A DNA stretch of 64,000 nt from Candidatus Terrybacteria bacterium RIFCSPHIGHO2_01_FULL_48_17 (GTDB taxonomy: Bacteria > Patescibacteriota > Minisyncoccia > Terrybacterales > 2-01-FULL-58-14): assembly GCA_001822835.1 (NCBI GenBank), contig MHSS01000008.1:9039-73038 (forward strand). The letters are read 5' to 3'. Below are positions 17,987 to 28,259 of the stretch, in pieces. The notes beneath the pieces were generated by a model. That model saw only the letters and a program-made list of their open reading frames with translations. It was not told the DNA's origin and searched no databases. A program made the translations under genes and the position numbers. How positions within the stretch are numbered: the stretch's first letter is position 1; every line of letters starts with the position of its first letter.

Positions 17987-19279
17987 ATGAAATATATTTC
18001 ATTTTTATTGCTTTGCCTTTTCGTTGTTTCGAGTGCGGCATCAGCGTCTTCTCCCGTCACGCCCGAAACCATACCGAGCCAAACACTGGGACAAAACCAA
18101 TACTATTCCGTAGTATTTGACGCCGAAGGAGAAGCTGCTGTAGCTGCAAAACTCACCTTTGAAAATACTACTGAGACGGCGCTCTCTGAAATCTCGTTTG
18201 AAATTCCGGGCACATCAGTTCGAATTATAAATACGGTAGAGGAAGTTTCAAAAACGCAAAAATGCCTTCGATATGATTATTCGGGATGCGAACCCGACTC
18301 TTCGGGAAAAGAATCATGCGCGTATCCGTGTCTGCAGTACGGATATGATTATCCGGCACCTAATTATTATTTGCTTACCCCCCGTAGCGAGCAGCTTTCT
18401 TCATCAATGAAAGTAACCATACCGCTTATCGCCGCGGTAAGACCCCAGGAACAGTTTTCGATCTTACTCTATTACAAGGCAGAAGGTTATGCGGATAAAA
18501 AACTTGGAGTATTTAAGTTTTCTTTTGAAACGGTAAAAATTCCCTATGATGTACAAAGTGTACGAGTTGCGATCAACGTCCAAGAGGGGCTTTCTTTGGC
18601 AGGAGGCGGGGCGGAAACAAATTATCGCCCTAATTTTTCTGCGGTGGAGAGTGTTGCCCTTCCGGCTGCTGGCGCGCCGGATGCTTCGTTAAACGATTTC
18701 TCACAACGCATCATTTATGAGCAGGGCTTTGTAAAACAAACCTCGGGACTTGACCCTTGGGAATCATTTTCTGTTGACGGAAAATATGCTTCAAATAGCA
18801 TCCTGCTTGCGCTTCCTGTTTTGCTCAATGCGTTGATAGGAATTGCGGTTGTTGCCGTTGTTGTATGGTTCGTTTTTAAAAAAATGCGTCGCGTCATGAT
18901 TCAAAAGCGCGTTTCTAGCACCCTCACATCTCAAACATTTTTCGGAACCCCATGGGTACAAGCGAGTGCCGCAGGTTTTGGGGTGGCATTTATAACTGCG
19001 GTATTCTCGCTTCTTTTAGTTTGGTTTGGAGAGAATATTAACCGTTATGTTTCGTATGGAGCATTTTCAGGGCTTTTTACGGCCTTAATGTTTCTTTCAC
19101 TTATAGGATTCAACCTTCTCGTCTTTTTCGGCGTCCCTCTTTTCTTCTTGCGAAAATACCGTTGGCCGACCGCATTATTAACGCTTACAATAGAGCTCGG
19201 CGCGCTGTTTGTTTTATCGCTTCTATTTCTCTTGCTTCTTAATTCTTTTTCGGGTAATTATCCAGTTCCTTTATATTAA
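17987..19279 (+). CDS. Hypothetical protein with signal peptide, extracellular domain and about 4 C-terminal TM
   Basis: MKYISFLLLCLFVVSSAASA signal; 4-Cys loop; hydrophobic C-terminus. Confidence 0.7.
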   Translation: MKYISFLLLCLFVVSSAASASSPVTPETIPSQTLGQNQYYSVVFDAEGEAAVAAKLTFENTTETALSEISFEIPGTSVRIINTVEEVSKTQKCLRYDYSGCEPDSSGKESCAYPCLQYGYDYPAPNYYLLTPRSEQLSSSMKVTIPLIAAVRPQEQFSILLYYKAEGYADKKLGVFKFSFETVKIPYDVQSVRVAINVQEGLSLAGGGAETNYRPNFSAVESVALPAAGAPDASLNDFSQRIIYEQGFVKQTSGLDPWESFSVDGKYASNSILLALPVLLNALIGIAVVAVVVWFVFKKMRRVMIQKRVSSTLTSQTFFGTPWVQASAAGFGVAFITAVFSLLLVWFGENINRYVSYGAFSGLFTALMFLSLIGFNLLVFFGVPLFFLRKYRWPTALLTLTIELGALFVLSLLFLLLLNSFSGNYPVPLY

Positions 19280-19302
19280 CCAATCAACGAAAACGTTTCG
19301 AC

Positions 19303-19806
19303 ATGAAAATCTATCTAGCTGCTGATCATAACGGTTTCGCCCTTAAAGAAAAAATTAAAAAATGGCTTAATGCATGGGAATATGAATATGAAGACATTGG
19401 TCCGTTCGTATTCGACCCCAAAGACGATTACCCGGATTTCATAATTCCCGCGGCTCGAGCGGTAGCACAAGATCCAGATACCAGACGCGCGATTATTCTG
19501 GGTTTTAGCGGACAAGCAGAAGCAATGACTGCCAACCGCATGAAAAACGTTCGAGCTTCTGTATACTACGGTGAGCCTTCCGCATTATCGGATGTGGGAG
19601 GAAAGCGTACGGACAAACCAAGGGATTTGCTTGTGCTCACAAGAGAAGATAACGATTCAAACATACTCTCGCTTGGTGCCGGATTTCTTTCAGAAAAACA
19701 GGTAAAAGAAGCAATTACGCGATGGCTGAAAGCGCCCTTTACGGGACAAGAACGCCATATCCGGCGCATCAACAAAATAGATCAAGGAATAGGGAATAGG
19801 GAATAG
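19303..19806 (+). CDS. rpiB: Ribose-5-phosphate isomerase B
   Basis: AADHNGF.LKE, DDYPD, ANR, NDSNILSLGA, ERHIRRI. Confidence 0.9.
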   Translation: MKIYLAADHNGFALKEKIKKWLNAWEYEYEDIGPFVFDPKDDYPDFIIPAARAVAQDPDTRRAIILGFSGQAEAMTANRMKNVRASVYYGEPSALSDVGGKRTDKPRDLLVLTREDNDSNILSLGAGFLSEKQVKEAITRWLKAPFTGQERHIRRINKIDQGIGNRE

Positions 19807-19847
19807 GGAACACAGCAATTTTTCTTATACCTCATACCTTATACTTC
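19784..19847. repeat. Inverted pair of 7-nt tandem arrays across the rpiB stop
   Basis: aaggaat agggaat agggaat agggaac ... cttatac ctcatac cttatac. Confidence 0.8.
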
Positions 19848-19853
19848 AGGCCT

Positions 19854-20516
19854 GTGACCGAGATAATTCCTACCATTCTTGTAAAAACACAAGAAGAAGC
19901 AATGCAGCGCATTAAGATAATCGAAGGGCGACTTCCATGGATGCAAATTGATGTTGTTGATGGCAAATTCGCCCCAAATATTACATGGAGTGATCCTGAT
20001 TTTATTAAAATGCTTGATACCGCAATCCGTTTTGAAATTGATCTTATGGTCGTCGATCCAGAAATACATATAAAACAATGGTCAAAAGCGATTCCCCGAA
20101 TAGGCCGTATATACTTCCATCAAGAAACAGCAGGAAATCGCACGCACATTATTATTGATCAAATTCAAAAAGTAGGAATCGAGGCCGGCATGAGCATTAA
20201 TCCTAAAACAAGAATTGATGTACTATATCCTTTCGCCAAACGGCTTGATGCCGTGTTATTATTAGGGGTAGAACCGGGATTTAATGCTGCTCCCTTTAAT
20301 GAGAAAACGATCAAGAAGGTACAACAATTTCACAAAAAATTTCCAGAGCTTCCTATAACAGTCGACGGAGGAGTAAAACCGAGGATCGCAAAAAAGCTTG
20401 TTGAGGCAGGAGCCACACGCCTTGCTGTTGGCAGCTTTATCTGGAATGGGACAAATCCTCTTATACAACTTAAGGCCCTTCAAGAAGATATTCAACAAGT
20501 AGATCAAAACAAATAA
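19854..20516 (+). CDS. rpe: Ribulose-phosphate 3-epimerase family
   Basis: IDVVDGKFAPN.T, INPKT, GVEPGF, VDGGV. Confidence 0.85.
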   Translation: MTEIIPTILVKTQEEAMQRIKIIEGRLPWMQIDVVDGKFAPNITWSDPDFIKMLDTAIRFEIDLMVVDPEIHIKQWSKAIPRIGRIYFHQETAGNRTHIIIDQIQKVGIEAGMSINPKTRIDVLYPFAKRLDAVLLLGVEPGFNAAPFNEKTIKKVQQFHKKFPELPITVDGGVKPRIAKKLVEAGATRLAVGSFIWNGTNPLIQLKALQEDIQQVDQNK

Positions 20517-20533
20517 CATTTTCTTTATACATT

Positions 20534-21538
20534 ATGGCATACGACATTGTTACTATCGGATCTGCAACGCGCGACGTGTTCATGCGTGCCAAGGATCTTA
20601 TGGTTATTAAGGATGCACGGTTTAAAACGGGCGCTGCCGAATGTATGACGCTTGGCTCGAAAGTAGAAATTTCAGAAATTTTCTATACCATTGGAGGATC
20701 TGCAGCAAATACTGCAATGACTTTTGTTCGCCAAGGTCTTAAAACTGCATGTATCACAAAAGTCGGAAAAGATATTCGGGGAGACGAAATAACCAGAGTG
20801 CTTTTGCGAGCTCGTATTGATACAAGATTCATCAAAAAAGATTCGCGTCATATGAGCCCTTATTCTGTGGTTCTTTTGACCTCAACTGGAGAACGTTCAA
20901 TCTTGGTATATCGTGGAGCCGGCGAATATTTACAAGGAAAAGATATTCCCCAATCCGCGTTTCAAGCGAAATGGTTATATATAACCCACCTTGGAGGAAA
21001 ATCCGCAGAGGCGTTTCCGTGGCTCATTCATAAAGCAAAAAAGCATAACGTAAAAATCGCCATAAATCCCGGCGCAACGCAATTACGGATGCCTCCCAAT
21101 AAACTCCGGCCGCTCCTTAGTTTGATCGATGCGCTTATTTTAAACCGCGAAGAAGCATCGTACCTTACAAAAATACCCTTTCAAAAACCTCATTTAATAT
21201 TTGAAAAACTTAATCGGTGGGTGGGAGGTCTTATTGTGATGACGGATGGACCGAATGGTCTTGTGGTTTCTAACGGAAAATATCGCTGGCACGCAGGCAT
21301 TCTTCATGAACAAAAACGCATAGACCGTACTGGTGCTGGAGACGCATTCGGCTCAGGTTTTATCGCTGGGCTTTCCCAAGGAAAAGATATTCCCCATGCA
21401 ATACAGCTAGGATCAGCAAACGCAACAAGCGTTCTTGAATACATGGGAGCGCAACCCGGTATTCTTTATAAACACGACTCCATTTACAAATGGGGACGAC
21501 TTAAAATTCAAAAAGAAACCATAAAAAACGAAAACTAA
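20534..21538 (+). CDS. PfkB family carbohydrate kinase
   Basis: GGSAANTA, NREEA, DRTGAGDAFGSGF. Confidence 0.9.
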   Translation: MAYDIVTIGSATRDVFMRAKDLMVIKDARFKTGAAECMTLGSKVEISEIFYTIGGSAANTAMTFVRQGLKTACITKVGKDIRGDEITRVLLRARIDTRFIKKDSRHMSPYSVVLLTSTGERSILVYRGAGEYLQGKDIPQSAFQAKWLYITHLGGKSAEAFPWLIHKAKKHNVKIAINPGATQLRMPPNKLRPLLSLIDALILNREEASYLTKIPFQKPHLIFEKLNRWVGGLIVMTDGPNGLVVSNGKYRWHAGILHEQKRIDRTGAGDAFGSGFIAGLSQGKDIPHAIQLGSANATSVLEYMGAQPGILYKHDSIYKWGRLKIQKETIKNEN

Positions 21539-21550
21539 GAGGATTTTTAT

Positions 21551-22852
21551 ATGGCTTTGGCTATTCAAAAACTTGCCCAAATCTTAAGAACTCGAGAAGA
21601 AATACTTGAAACATTTGGTATCGCCATGAACAAATTGGTCGGAATAAAGAATGTTTTTGAAGAAATAGCAGAAGAGAACGATTCGCAAGTACGTAGAGCA
21701 CTAGGAGACCTTGGTTTTTCAAAAGATAGTTCGGCCGAAGATGTGTATCATGCGCTTATTACCAAATTGCGACAAACCGATGAAAAAATATCGCAATTTC
21801 TTAATACGCCCACATGCGCGACGCCCTCCGGTTGCAAAACCGTAATCGACTTAGCAAAAACGATCAAAGGAACAACCACTGGTTATTTTTTAAAAAAGGA
21901 AATCGCAGAAACGTTACTACGAAAGAATCCTCCCCAAAATCTCCTAAAGGAACTTGGGGAAAAAACAATCGACGAGCTTTTGCAAGAAAGCTCTGTTTCT
22001 GAAATTTTTCCGGCAATCCGTTTTGCTGAAGACCCCCGCTGGCTCAATGATGTATTTTTTCGACCATACGCATTTTTGACCCCGGATGATTTTGAAGAGC
22101 GCGAGGTATCGATCACCATACTCCCAGAACGTTGGAGAGACATTGGGAAAAAATTTGTCGGAAAAAAACTACACCATATCAGTCATCTTAAAGAATTAGG
22201 CATCATTTTTGTTTTGCCGATTTCTGAAGAAAATCATGGCGGTACTCCCGCAGGAACAACGCTGGAGATATTAACGCTTCTTCTCCATTATCTAAACGAA
22301 GTGCCCTTTTACTCACGAATTTTCAAAAGATTTGCAAAAGATCCAAAGCATTTTGCGTCCCATCTTACCTCTGCGCTCCGTGGTGATGTGCGCGATCATA
22401 TCCCCGACGGGGAACGAGCAGAGAGGCGCTTTCTTATTGTGCAAAGATATCTTGCGAAAGATGATCCATCTGATCCGCGGCTTTTTATTCCACATCTTAA
22501 TCCCGAAGCGGTTCATTGGTCATATGTTATGCGCTCACTTACTGAATTTGGAAAATCGCATCCTGAGCTTGGTTTTGGGTTTTGGGATGGCCTGGACCAC
22601 ATTGGAGATTTTTTCCCTCTTTCAGCAGCTAAAGAGGAAAATATGATGCGGGGAGTTTCAGAAGAAATTTTAGTGCCATTCAATTTTATTGATACACTCA
22701 TTTCACACAATCGTTACTCATCCGTGTTTACAAAATATCTCTACCATCAACAAGAAGCGCTTTGGAACCGCCTATTTAGCGGGTGGCTTGGTAAAGCAAG
22801 AATGGAAGGGATGGTCGAAGATAATTTAGAAAAAGGGTATATAGAAATATAA
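21551..22852 (+). CDS. Hypothetical protein (433 aa) in sugar-phosphate cluster
   Basis: Long ORF between pfkB and fba; no recognised motif. Confidence 0.8.
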   Translation: MALAIQKLAQILRTREEILETFGIAMNKLVGIKNVFEEIAEENDSQVRRALGDLGFSKDSSAEDVYHALITKLRQTDEKISQFLNTPTCATPSGCKTVIDLAKTIKGTTTGYFLKKEIAETLLRKNPPQNLLKELGEKTIDELLQESSVSEIFPAIRFAEDPRWLNDVFFRPYAFLTPDDFEEREVSITILPERWRDIGKKFVGKKLHHISHLKELGIIFVLPISEENHGGTPAGTTLEILTLLLHYLNEVPFYSRIFKRFAKDPKHFASHLTSALRGDVRDHIPDGERAERRFLIVQRYLAKDDPSDPRLFIPHLNPEAVHWSYVMRSLTEFGKSHPELGFGFWDGLDHIGDFFPLSAAKEENMMRGVSEEILVPFNFIDTLISHNRYSSVFTKYLYHQQEALWNRLFSGWLGKARMEGMVEDNLEKGYIEI

Positions 22853-22875
22853 AGGACGACTGGTCCAATGTTCAT

Positions 22876-23742
22876 ATGCACGTAAAAGAATTATTCGCAA
22901 AAGCACATCACGAAAAATTTGCTATCGGTGCATTCAACGTCGCCAATATTGAAACAATGAGAGCAATAGTTGAGGCAGCCGCAGAACTTGCTTCGCCTGT
23001 TCTTATAGAATCGTCTCCCGGAGAAACAAAATGGATGGGGGCACGTAATGTTATTTCGGTTGCGCGAAATTTCTCTTCTGAATATGGTATTCCTATTTTT
23101 GTTAATCTTGACCACGCAGAGACGTTTGATGAGTGCATGGTTGGCATCGAAGCAGGATATGATCTGATCCATTTTGACGGATCGGCTCTTTCTTATAAAG
23201 AGAATATGGAAATTACTAAAAAAGTTGTGTCGGAGGCACACGCAAAAGATCTAATGGTAGAAGCAGAAATTGATCGTATGGCCAGAAAATCTTCCGAGGT
23301 TTACAAAGAACAAATAACTATAGAAGAATTAAAAAAGACATTCTCCGATCCGCAAAAAGTTCGGGAATTTGTTCAAGCAACGAATGTCGATACCATGGCA
23401 ACGCTTTTTGGAAATATCCATGGTATTTTCCCGACACAACCACCACTTGATATTGGGCTTTTACAAAAAATTTGCGAGGTGATACCTGATACCTTCTTAT
23501 CATTACATGGTGGTTCAGGCATTCCAGATTCCCAAGTACAGCAAGCTATAAAAATTGGTGGTGTAGTAAAAGTAAATATTAATACAGAAATGCGATTGGC
23601 CTTTCGACAAACGCTCGAAAAGACATTGCAGGAAAACACCAAAGAGCTTGCGATGTATAAGGTGTTGCCGCCAGTGATTGATGCGGTAAAAGGAGTTGTC
23701 AGAAAAAAAATTAAAATATTTGGGTCGGCAAACAAAATATAG
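22876..23742 (+). CDS. fba: Class II fructose-bisphosphate aldolase
   Basis: AIGAFNV, NLDHA, GNIHG, LHGGSG, KVNINTE. Confidence 0.92.
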   Translation: MHVKELFAKAHHEKFAIGAFNVANIETMRAIVEAAAELASPVLIESSPGETKWMGARNVISVARNFSSEYGIPIFVNLDHAETFDECMVGIEAGYDLIHFDGSALSYKENMEITKKVVSEAHAKDLMVEAEIDRMARKSSEVYKEQITIEELKKTFSDPQKVREFVQATNVDTMATLFGNIHGIFPTQPPLDIGLLQKICEVIPDTFLSLHGGSGIPDSQVQQAIKIGGVVKVNINTEMRLAFRQTLEKTLQENTKELAMYKVLPPVIDAVKGVVRKKIKIFGSANKI

Positions 23743-23749
23743 ATGAAAT

Positions 23750-23854
23750 ATGAATTTTACCATCAATACCCTGGAAGGATTTCTAATTCTCTGCGGTGTT
23801 GTCATTTTGCTTGTGAGCGGTGTGCTTTTGTGGGTTCAGCTTAGCATTTTTTAA
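23750..23854 (+). CDS. Putative 34-aa single-TM small protein
   Basis: MNFTINTLEGFLILCGVVILLVSGVLLWVQLSIF*; fills the gap between fba and the dehydrogenase. Confidence 0.45.
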   Translation: MNFTINTLEGFLILCGVVILLVSGVLLWVQLSIF

Positions 23855-23858
23855 CCTT

Positions 23859-24827
23859 ATGAAGATTTTTATCACCAGACAAATTCCAGAAGATGGCCCA
23901 AAGCTTCTTCGGGAACAAGGTCATGAAGTTATTGTTGCATCCCAGGATGCAGTAATCTCCCGCCCTGCCCTTATTCAAAGCGTTAAAGGGATTGATGCCT
24001 TATTGTCTCTTCTTACTGATAAAATTGACGCCGAGGTCATGGATGCTGCGGGAAAACAGCTAAAAATCATTGCAAACTATGCTGTTGGTTTTGACAACAT
24101 TGACGTTGTGGCCGCACAAGAGCGGGGAATTGTGATCACCAACACACCTGATGTTCTTTCCGAAACCGTGGCAGAACATACCTTTGCCCTTATGCTTGCG
24201 ATTGCTCATCGCATTCCAGAAGCCGATCGTTTCACGCGCGCTGGAAAATATCGTGGCTGGGAACCGATGCTTCTTTTGGGCCGCGACCTTTCACATAAAA
24301 TATTGGGTATTGTCGGTCTTGGAAGAATTGGATCGCTGGTGGCAAAGCATGCCGTAAAGGGATTTGATATGCGCGCACAGTATTATGATGTCAAGCCAAA
24401 TTCTGATTTTGAAAAAGAATACGGAGCCACATATATGCAACTTGAAGATTTATTAAGAGAGGCGGATTTCGTTTCCATTCATGTACCCCTTGTTCCCGCC
24501 ACGCGTCATCTAATTAATGCGGAGCGTCTCAAGATTATGAAATCAAGCGCTTATCTCATTAATACTTCACGAGGTCCAGTAATTGAAGAGATGGTATTAG
24601 TAGAAGCATTGCGGAAGGGAACGATTGCTGGTGCGGCGTTGGATGTATTTGAAAACGAACCTTCGCTAACTTCCGGACTCGCCAACCTTGAAAACGTTAT
24701 CTTGACACCTCACACCGCATCTGCCACAATAGAAACCCGCGGAAGAATGGCTGAGCTTGCCGCACAAAATATTATTGCCGTGCTGTCTGGGAAAGAACCT
24801 CTTACGGCCGTCAAACTAAAATCCTAG
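23859..24827 (+). CDS. D-glycerate dehydrogenase / glyoxylate reductase (D-2-hydroxyacid dehydrogenase)
   Basis: AVGFDNID, GIVGLGRIG, LINTSRG, LDVFENEP, LTPHTAS. Confidence 0.9.
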   Translation: MKIFITRQIPEDGPKLLREQGHEVIVASQDAVISRPALIQSVKGIDALLSLLTDKIDAEVMDAAGKQLKIIANYAVGFDNIDVVAAQERGIVITNTPDVLSETVAEHTFALMLAIAHRIPEADRFTRAGKYRGWEPMLLLGRDLSHKILGIVGLGRIGSLVAKHAVKGFDMRAQYYDVKPNSDFEKEYGATYMQLEDLLREADFVSIHVPLVPATRHLINAERLKIMKSSAYLINTSRGPVIEEMVLVEALRKGTIAGAALDVFENEPSLTSGLANLENVILTPHTASATIETRGRMAELAAQNIIAVLSGKEPLTAVKLKS

Positions 24828-24839
24828 GGCAATTAAGCT

Positions 24840-25541
24840 ATGTTGAGTTTATCAGTAAAACCAAGAGAAGTAGGTAAAAAACTCGGCAACCTTCGAGCCG
24901 CAGGGGATATTCCCGCTGTGGTTTATGGACGTGGCCTTGAAACAAAACCAATAACATTACCCAAAAAAGAATTTTTTAAAGTCCTCAAAGAGGCGGGCGA
25001 ATCAACTCTTATAGAGCTTTTGGGGAACAAAGGAGACAAAAAACAAACAGTTCTTATACGCGAAGTGCAAACACATCCGGCCACGGATGAAATTCTCCAT
25101 GTCGATCTCTATGCGGTACGCATGGATGAAAAGATTCGCGTAACTGTTCCGCTTGAATATGAAAATGAGGCACCTGCGGTAGAGAGAGGAGAGGGTGTAT
25201 TGGTAAAAAATATTCACGAAGTAGAAATAGAAGCGCTTCCTGCATCGCTACCACACAACCTTATAATTGACCTCTCGATTCTTGAGGCGGTGAACGATGC
25301 GATTCGGATAAAAAATATTCCTCTCCCTGCAGGGGTTAAAATATTAGAAGATCTGGAGGAAATTGTTACCATTGTGGCACCGGCAATGTCGGAAGAAGAG
25401 CTTGCGGCATTGGAAACCCCTCCGGAAGAGAAGGTTGAAGAAGTTGAAGTTATTGGAGAAAAAGAGCCCAAAGAGGCAAAAGAAGAAGAAACGGCCGAAA
25501 AAGAACCCACATCAGCAGCCCCAGAAACCAAAGAGCAATGA
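24840..25541 (+). CDS. rplY: 50S ribosomal protein L25/Ctc
   Basis: LR..G.IPAVVYG, VQTHP....LHVDL, acidic tail. Confidence 0.9.
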   Translation: MLSLSVKPREVGKKLGNLRAAGDIPAVVYGRGLETKPITLPKKEFFKVLKEAGESTLIELLGNKGDKKQTVLIREVQTHPATDEILHVDLYAVRMDEKIRVTVPLEYENEAPAVERGEGVLVKNIHEVEIEALPASLPHNLIIDLSILEAVNDAIRIKNIPLPAGVKILEDLEEIVTIVAPAMSEEELAALETPPEEKVEEVEVIGEKEPKEAKEEETAEKEPTSAAPETKEQ

Positions 25542-26845
25542 CATTTTCAAAGATCTTATTTCGTGTAAGCTTTCTTGCCCTCACGCTATTTTTTGTGGGG
25601 GCTTTCGTATTTTTTTCACTGGATGCACAAGCCCAGCAAGATAAAATCGAACTTAAACAAAATCTTGAACAAATTGATCAGGAAATTTTGACGCTGCGTT
25701 CAACGATACAAGAATTACAATCGCGCGCTGCGACGCTTGAAGATGAATTATTTCTCCTTGCCCAACAAATTAAACAAACAGAGTTAGAAATTGAGCGAAT
25801 ACAAAAAGATATTGGATTACTTGATGAAAAAATTACCGCTCTTCAGGCCTCAATTACTCAACGAGAACAAAATATTGATCAAAAAAAGAAAGCCATGGCT
25901 TTCTTTTTGCGTGAACTCAATGCGTACGATGCTGTGCCGCCTTTGATACGTATTGCCGGAAGCCCAACATTGCAAAACATTTTTTTAGAAACAACGGCAT
26001 TAGAACAATCGCAGGAAAAACTCATTCTGGGGATTGAAGACATTCGCGAAGAAACCCAAGCGCTTTTACAAGAGCGGGGGCTACTTGAGGAAAAACGTGG
26101 ACAGCAAGAAGAGCTTTTACGTATTGCTGAGCTTGCCGAAGAAGATCTCCGCGTCAAACAATTTAATCGGGAGACCCTTATTGCCGAAACAAAAGGATCT
26201 GAAACAGCCTTTCGACGTCTTGTCTCTCAAAAAACGCAGCAAGCCATATCGATACGTACAGCTCTTTATCTTTTAGAAGATATCGGTGCCAAATTACAAT
26301 TTGGTGAAGCGTATACTATTGCACAACAATATGCTCAGAAAACAAATGTCAGAGCAGCTTTTTTGCTTGCGGTATTACAGAAAGAATCTCGATTAGGAGC
26401 TCGGGTGGGTACCGGAAATTGGCAAACGGATATGCATCCTCGAGATTGGCCGGCTTTTATGGCGATTACTGCTGAGTTGGGGCTCGATCCAAATCAAACA
26501 CCCGTTTCTAAAAAACCTTCATATGGATGGGGAGGCGCTATGGGTCCTGCGCAATTTTTACCCTCCACATGGCTTTCTTGGGAAAGCCGAATTAGCGAAT
26601 TAACCGGCCATAACCCTCCCTCCCCATGGAACGTTGAAGATTCCCTCGCAGCTGCTGCCTTAAAGCTTGCAGCGGCAGGGGCCGATCAACAAACATTTGA
26701 AAACGAGTGGAAAGCGGCTATGATTTATTTTGCAGGCAGCAATTGGGATAATCCCGCCTTTGCCTTCTACGGAGATAGCGTAATGGCACTTTCACATCAA
26801 TTTGAAGAACAAATAAAAATACTTGAAGCCGAAACTTCAAGATGA
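25538..26845 (+). CDS. Coiled-coil secreted lytic transglycosylase (SLT-like)
   Basis: Signal/TM, long coiled coil, LQKESRLG catalytic Glu, GGAMGPAQFLPSTW, PWNVEDS. Confidence 0.8.
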   Translation: MTFSKILFRVSFLALTLFFVGAFVFFSLDAQAQQDKIELKQNLEQIDQEILTLRSTIQELQSRAATLEDELFLLAQQIKQTELEIERIQKDIGLLDEKITALQASITQREQNIDQKKKAMAFFLRELNAYDAVPPLIRIAGSPTLQNIFLETTALEQSQEKLILGIEDIREETQALLQERGLLEEKRGQQEELLRIAELAEEDLRVKQFNRETLIAETKGSETAFRRLVSQKTQQAISIRTALYLLEDIGAKLQFGEAYTIAQQYAQKTNVRAAFLLAVLQKESRLGARVGTGNWQTDMHPRDWPAFMAITAELGLDPNQTPVSKKPSYGWGGAMGPAQFLPSTWLSWESRISELTGHNPPSPWNVEDSLAAAALKLAAAGADQQTFENEWKAAMIYFAGSNWDNPAFAFYGDSVMALSHQFEEQIKILEAETSR

Positions 26846-26870
26846 CATGATCCCTTTATGCTCAATTCTG

Positions 26871-27899
26871 CTAGGATGATGATTTAGGAATTTTAAAGTT
26901 TTGTAATTCTTGCAAAATAGGAAGAATATCGCCGTTGAGTATCTTGGCAAGGTTGTGCCAGGATTTTTTTATACGATGATCGGTAACGCGATCTTGCGGG
27001 AAATTATATGTTCTGATTTTTTCCGCCCGTTCCCCAGAACCAATTTGCGTGCGGCGCGTATCGCCTCGTTGTTGAGAGCGCCGATCTGCTTCAAGCGCTG
27101 CAACCTTTGCGCGCAACATCTTCATTGCTTGTTCCCTGTTTGCTAACTGTGTTCGTGCGGTTTGCGAAGAGACCACAATATTTGTAGAAAAATGAGTAAT
27201 ACGCACCGCACTTTCTCTTCGATTCACAAATTGCCCGCCAGGGCCGGAAGCACGCATCGTATCTATGCGAATGTCTTGCGGCCGTATATTAATTTCTTTT
27301 TCTTCTGGCTCCGGTAATACCGCAATGGTAACCGTAGAGGTATGAATGCGTCCTGATTTTTCGGTAGATGGAATGCGCTGCACGCGATGTACGCCCGCCT
27401 CCGATAAAAGAAGAGAGGCAGCGGCTGTTCCGGCCACTGCAAGCGTAATGGATTTAACGCCTCCTAATTCCGTTAAGCTTTCATCGAGTACCGCCATCTC
27501 CCATTTTTGTTTTTGCGCAAACTGAAGATACATTCGGGTAAGATCATATGCAAAAAGCGCCGCCTCGTCTCCTCCAGTACCCGGTCGTATCTCAATAATA
27601 ATTCGCTCCTTCTTCCCCGCATTATTTGCGTAAGTTTGCTCTTGTTTTTGTATTTCCGCAAGCTCCTGCTCTGCAAGTAATCGGAGGTCAGGATCTTGCG
27701 ATTCTGCCAATATTTGAGACGCTTCTTGCTTTCTTTTTTTTAAGTCATGCTGCATCTCATAGGTGGCAATAGTTTCGGTAACTTCTTTGAACTGCTTCGA
27801 AAGTTCTCTTAATTTATCCGGTTGCGAAAGAAGTTCGGGGGAAACGAGCTTCTGGGACAATTCCTGTGCTTGTTTTTTAAGGTCGTCAAGCACACTCAT
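26871..27899 (-). CDS. prfA: Peptide chain release factor 1
   Basis: GTGGDEAALF, GVHRVQRIPSTE (PxT), GPGGQ, IRTYNFPQDRVTDHR; follows rpmE. Confidence 0.93.
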   Translation of the reverse strand: MSVLDDLKKQAQELSQKLVSPELLSQPDKLRELSKQFKEVTETIATYEMQHDLKKRKQEASQILAESQDPDLRLLAEQELAEIQKQEQTYANNAGKKERIIIEIRPGTGGDEAALFAYDLTRMYLQFAQKQKWEMAVLDESLTELGGVKSITLAVAGTAAASLLLSEAGVHRVQRIPSTEKSGRIHTSTVTIAVLPEPEEKEINIRPQDIRIDTMRASGPGGQFVNRRESAVRITHFSTNIVVSSQTARTQLANREQAMKMLRAKVAALEADRRSQQRGDTRRTQIGSGERAEKIRTYNFPQDRVTDHRIKKSWHNLAKILNGDILPILQELQNFKIPKSSS

Positions 27900-28192
27900 G
27901 CGCTCTCAACACGCTTTGCCCTGCGTTCTTTGCGAACGACATCTTTTGTTTTACGTGTCTTTTTGCTCCCTCGCATTTGTGCAATTTTTTCTTGTGCTGC
28001 TGCACGTTCACGAAAACGATCAACCCGCCCAGCGGTATCTACAAGCTTTCCCTTGCCGGTATAAAAAGGATGACAATTCGCACATACCTCAAGCTCAATT
28101 TCTTTAAGCGTTGAGCCGATATTATATTCGGCGCCACAAACGCACGTCACTTTCGCATTCGGGTGATATTGCGGATGGATATTCTGTTTCAT
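27896..28192 (-). CDS. rpmE: 50S ribosomal protein L31
   Basis: MKQNIHPQY, CVCG, CANCHPFYTG, GRVDRF. Confidence 0.95.
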   Translation of the reverse strand: MKQNIHPQYHPNAKVTCVCGAEYNIGSTLKEIELEVCANCHPFYTGKGKLVDTAGRVDRFRERAAAQEKIAQMRGSKKTRKTKDVVRKERRAKRVESA

Positions 28193-28234
28193 AATAATAA
28201 AGTATAACGCACATGCGTTGATAATGCAAATGGT

Positions 28235-28259
28235 AAACTCCGCCTAACAGGCGGAGTTT
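28235..28259. terminator. Hairpin terminator at end of 28244-29209 gene
   Basis: AAACTCCGCCT-aac-AGGCGGAGTTT perfect inverted repeat. Confidence 0.6.
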
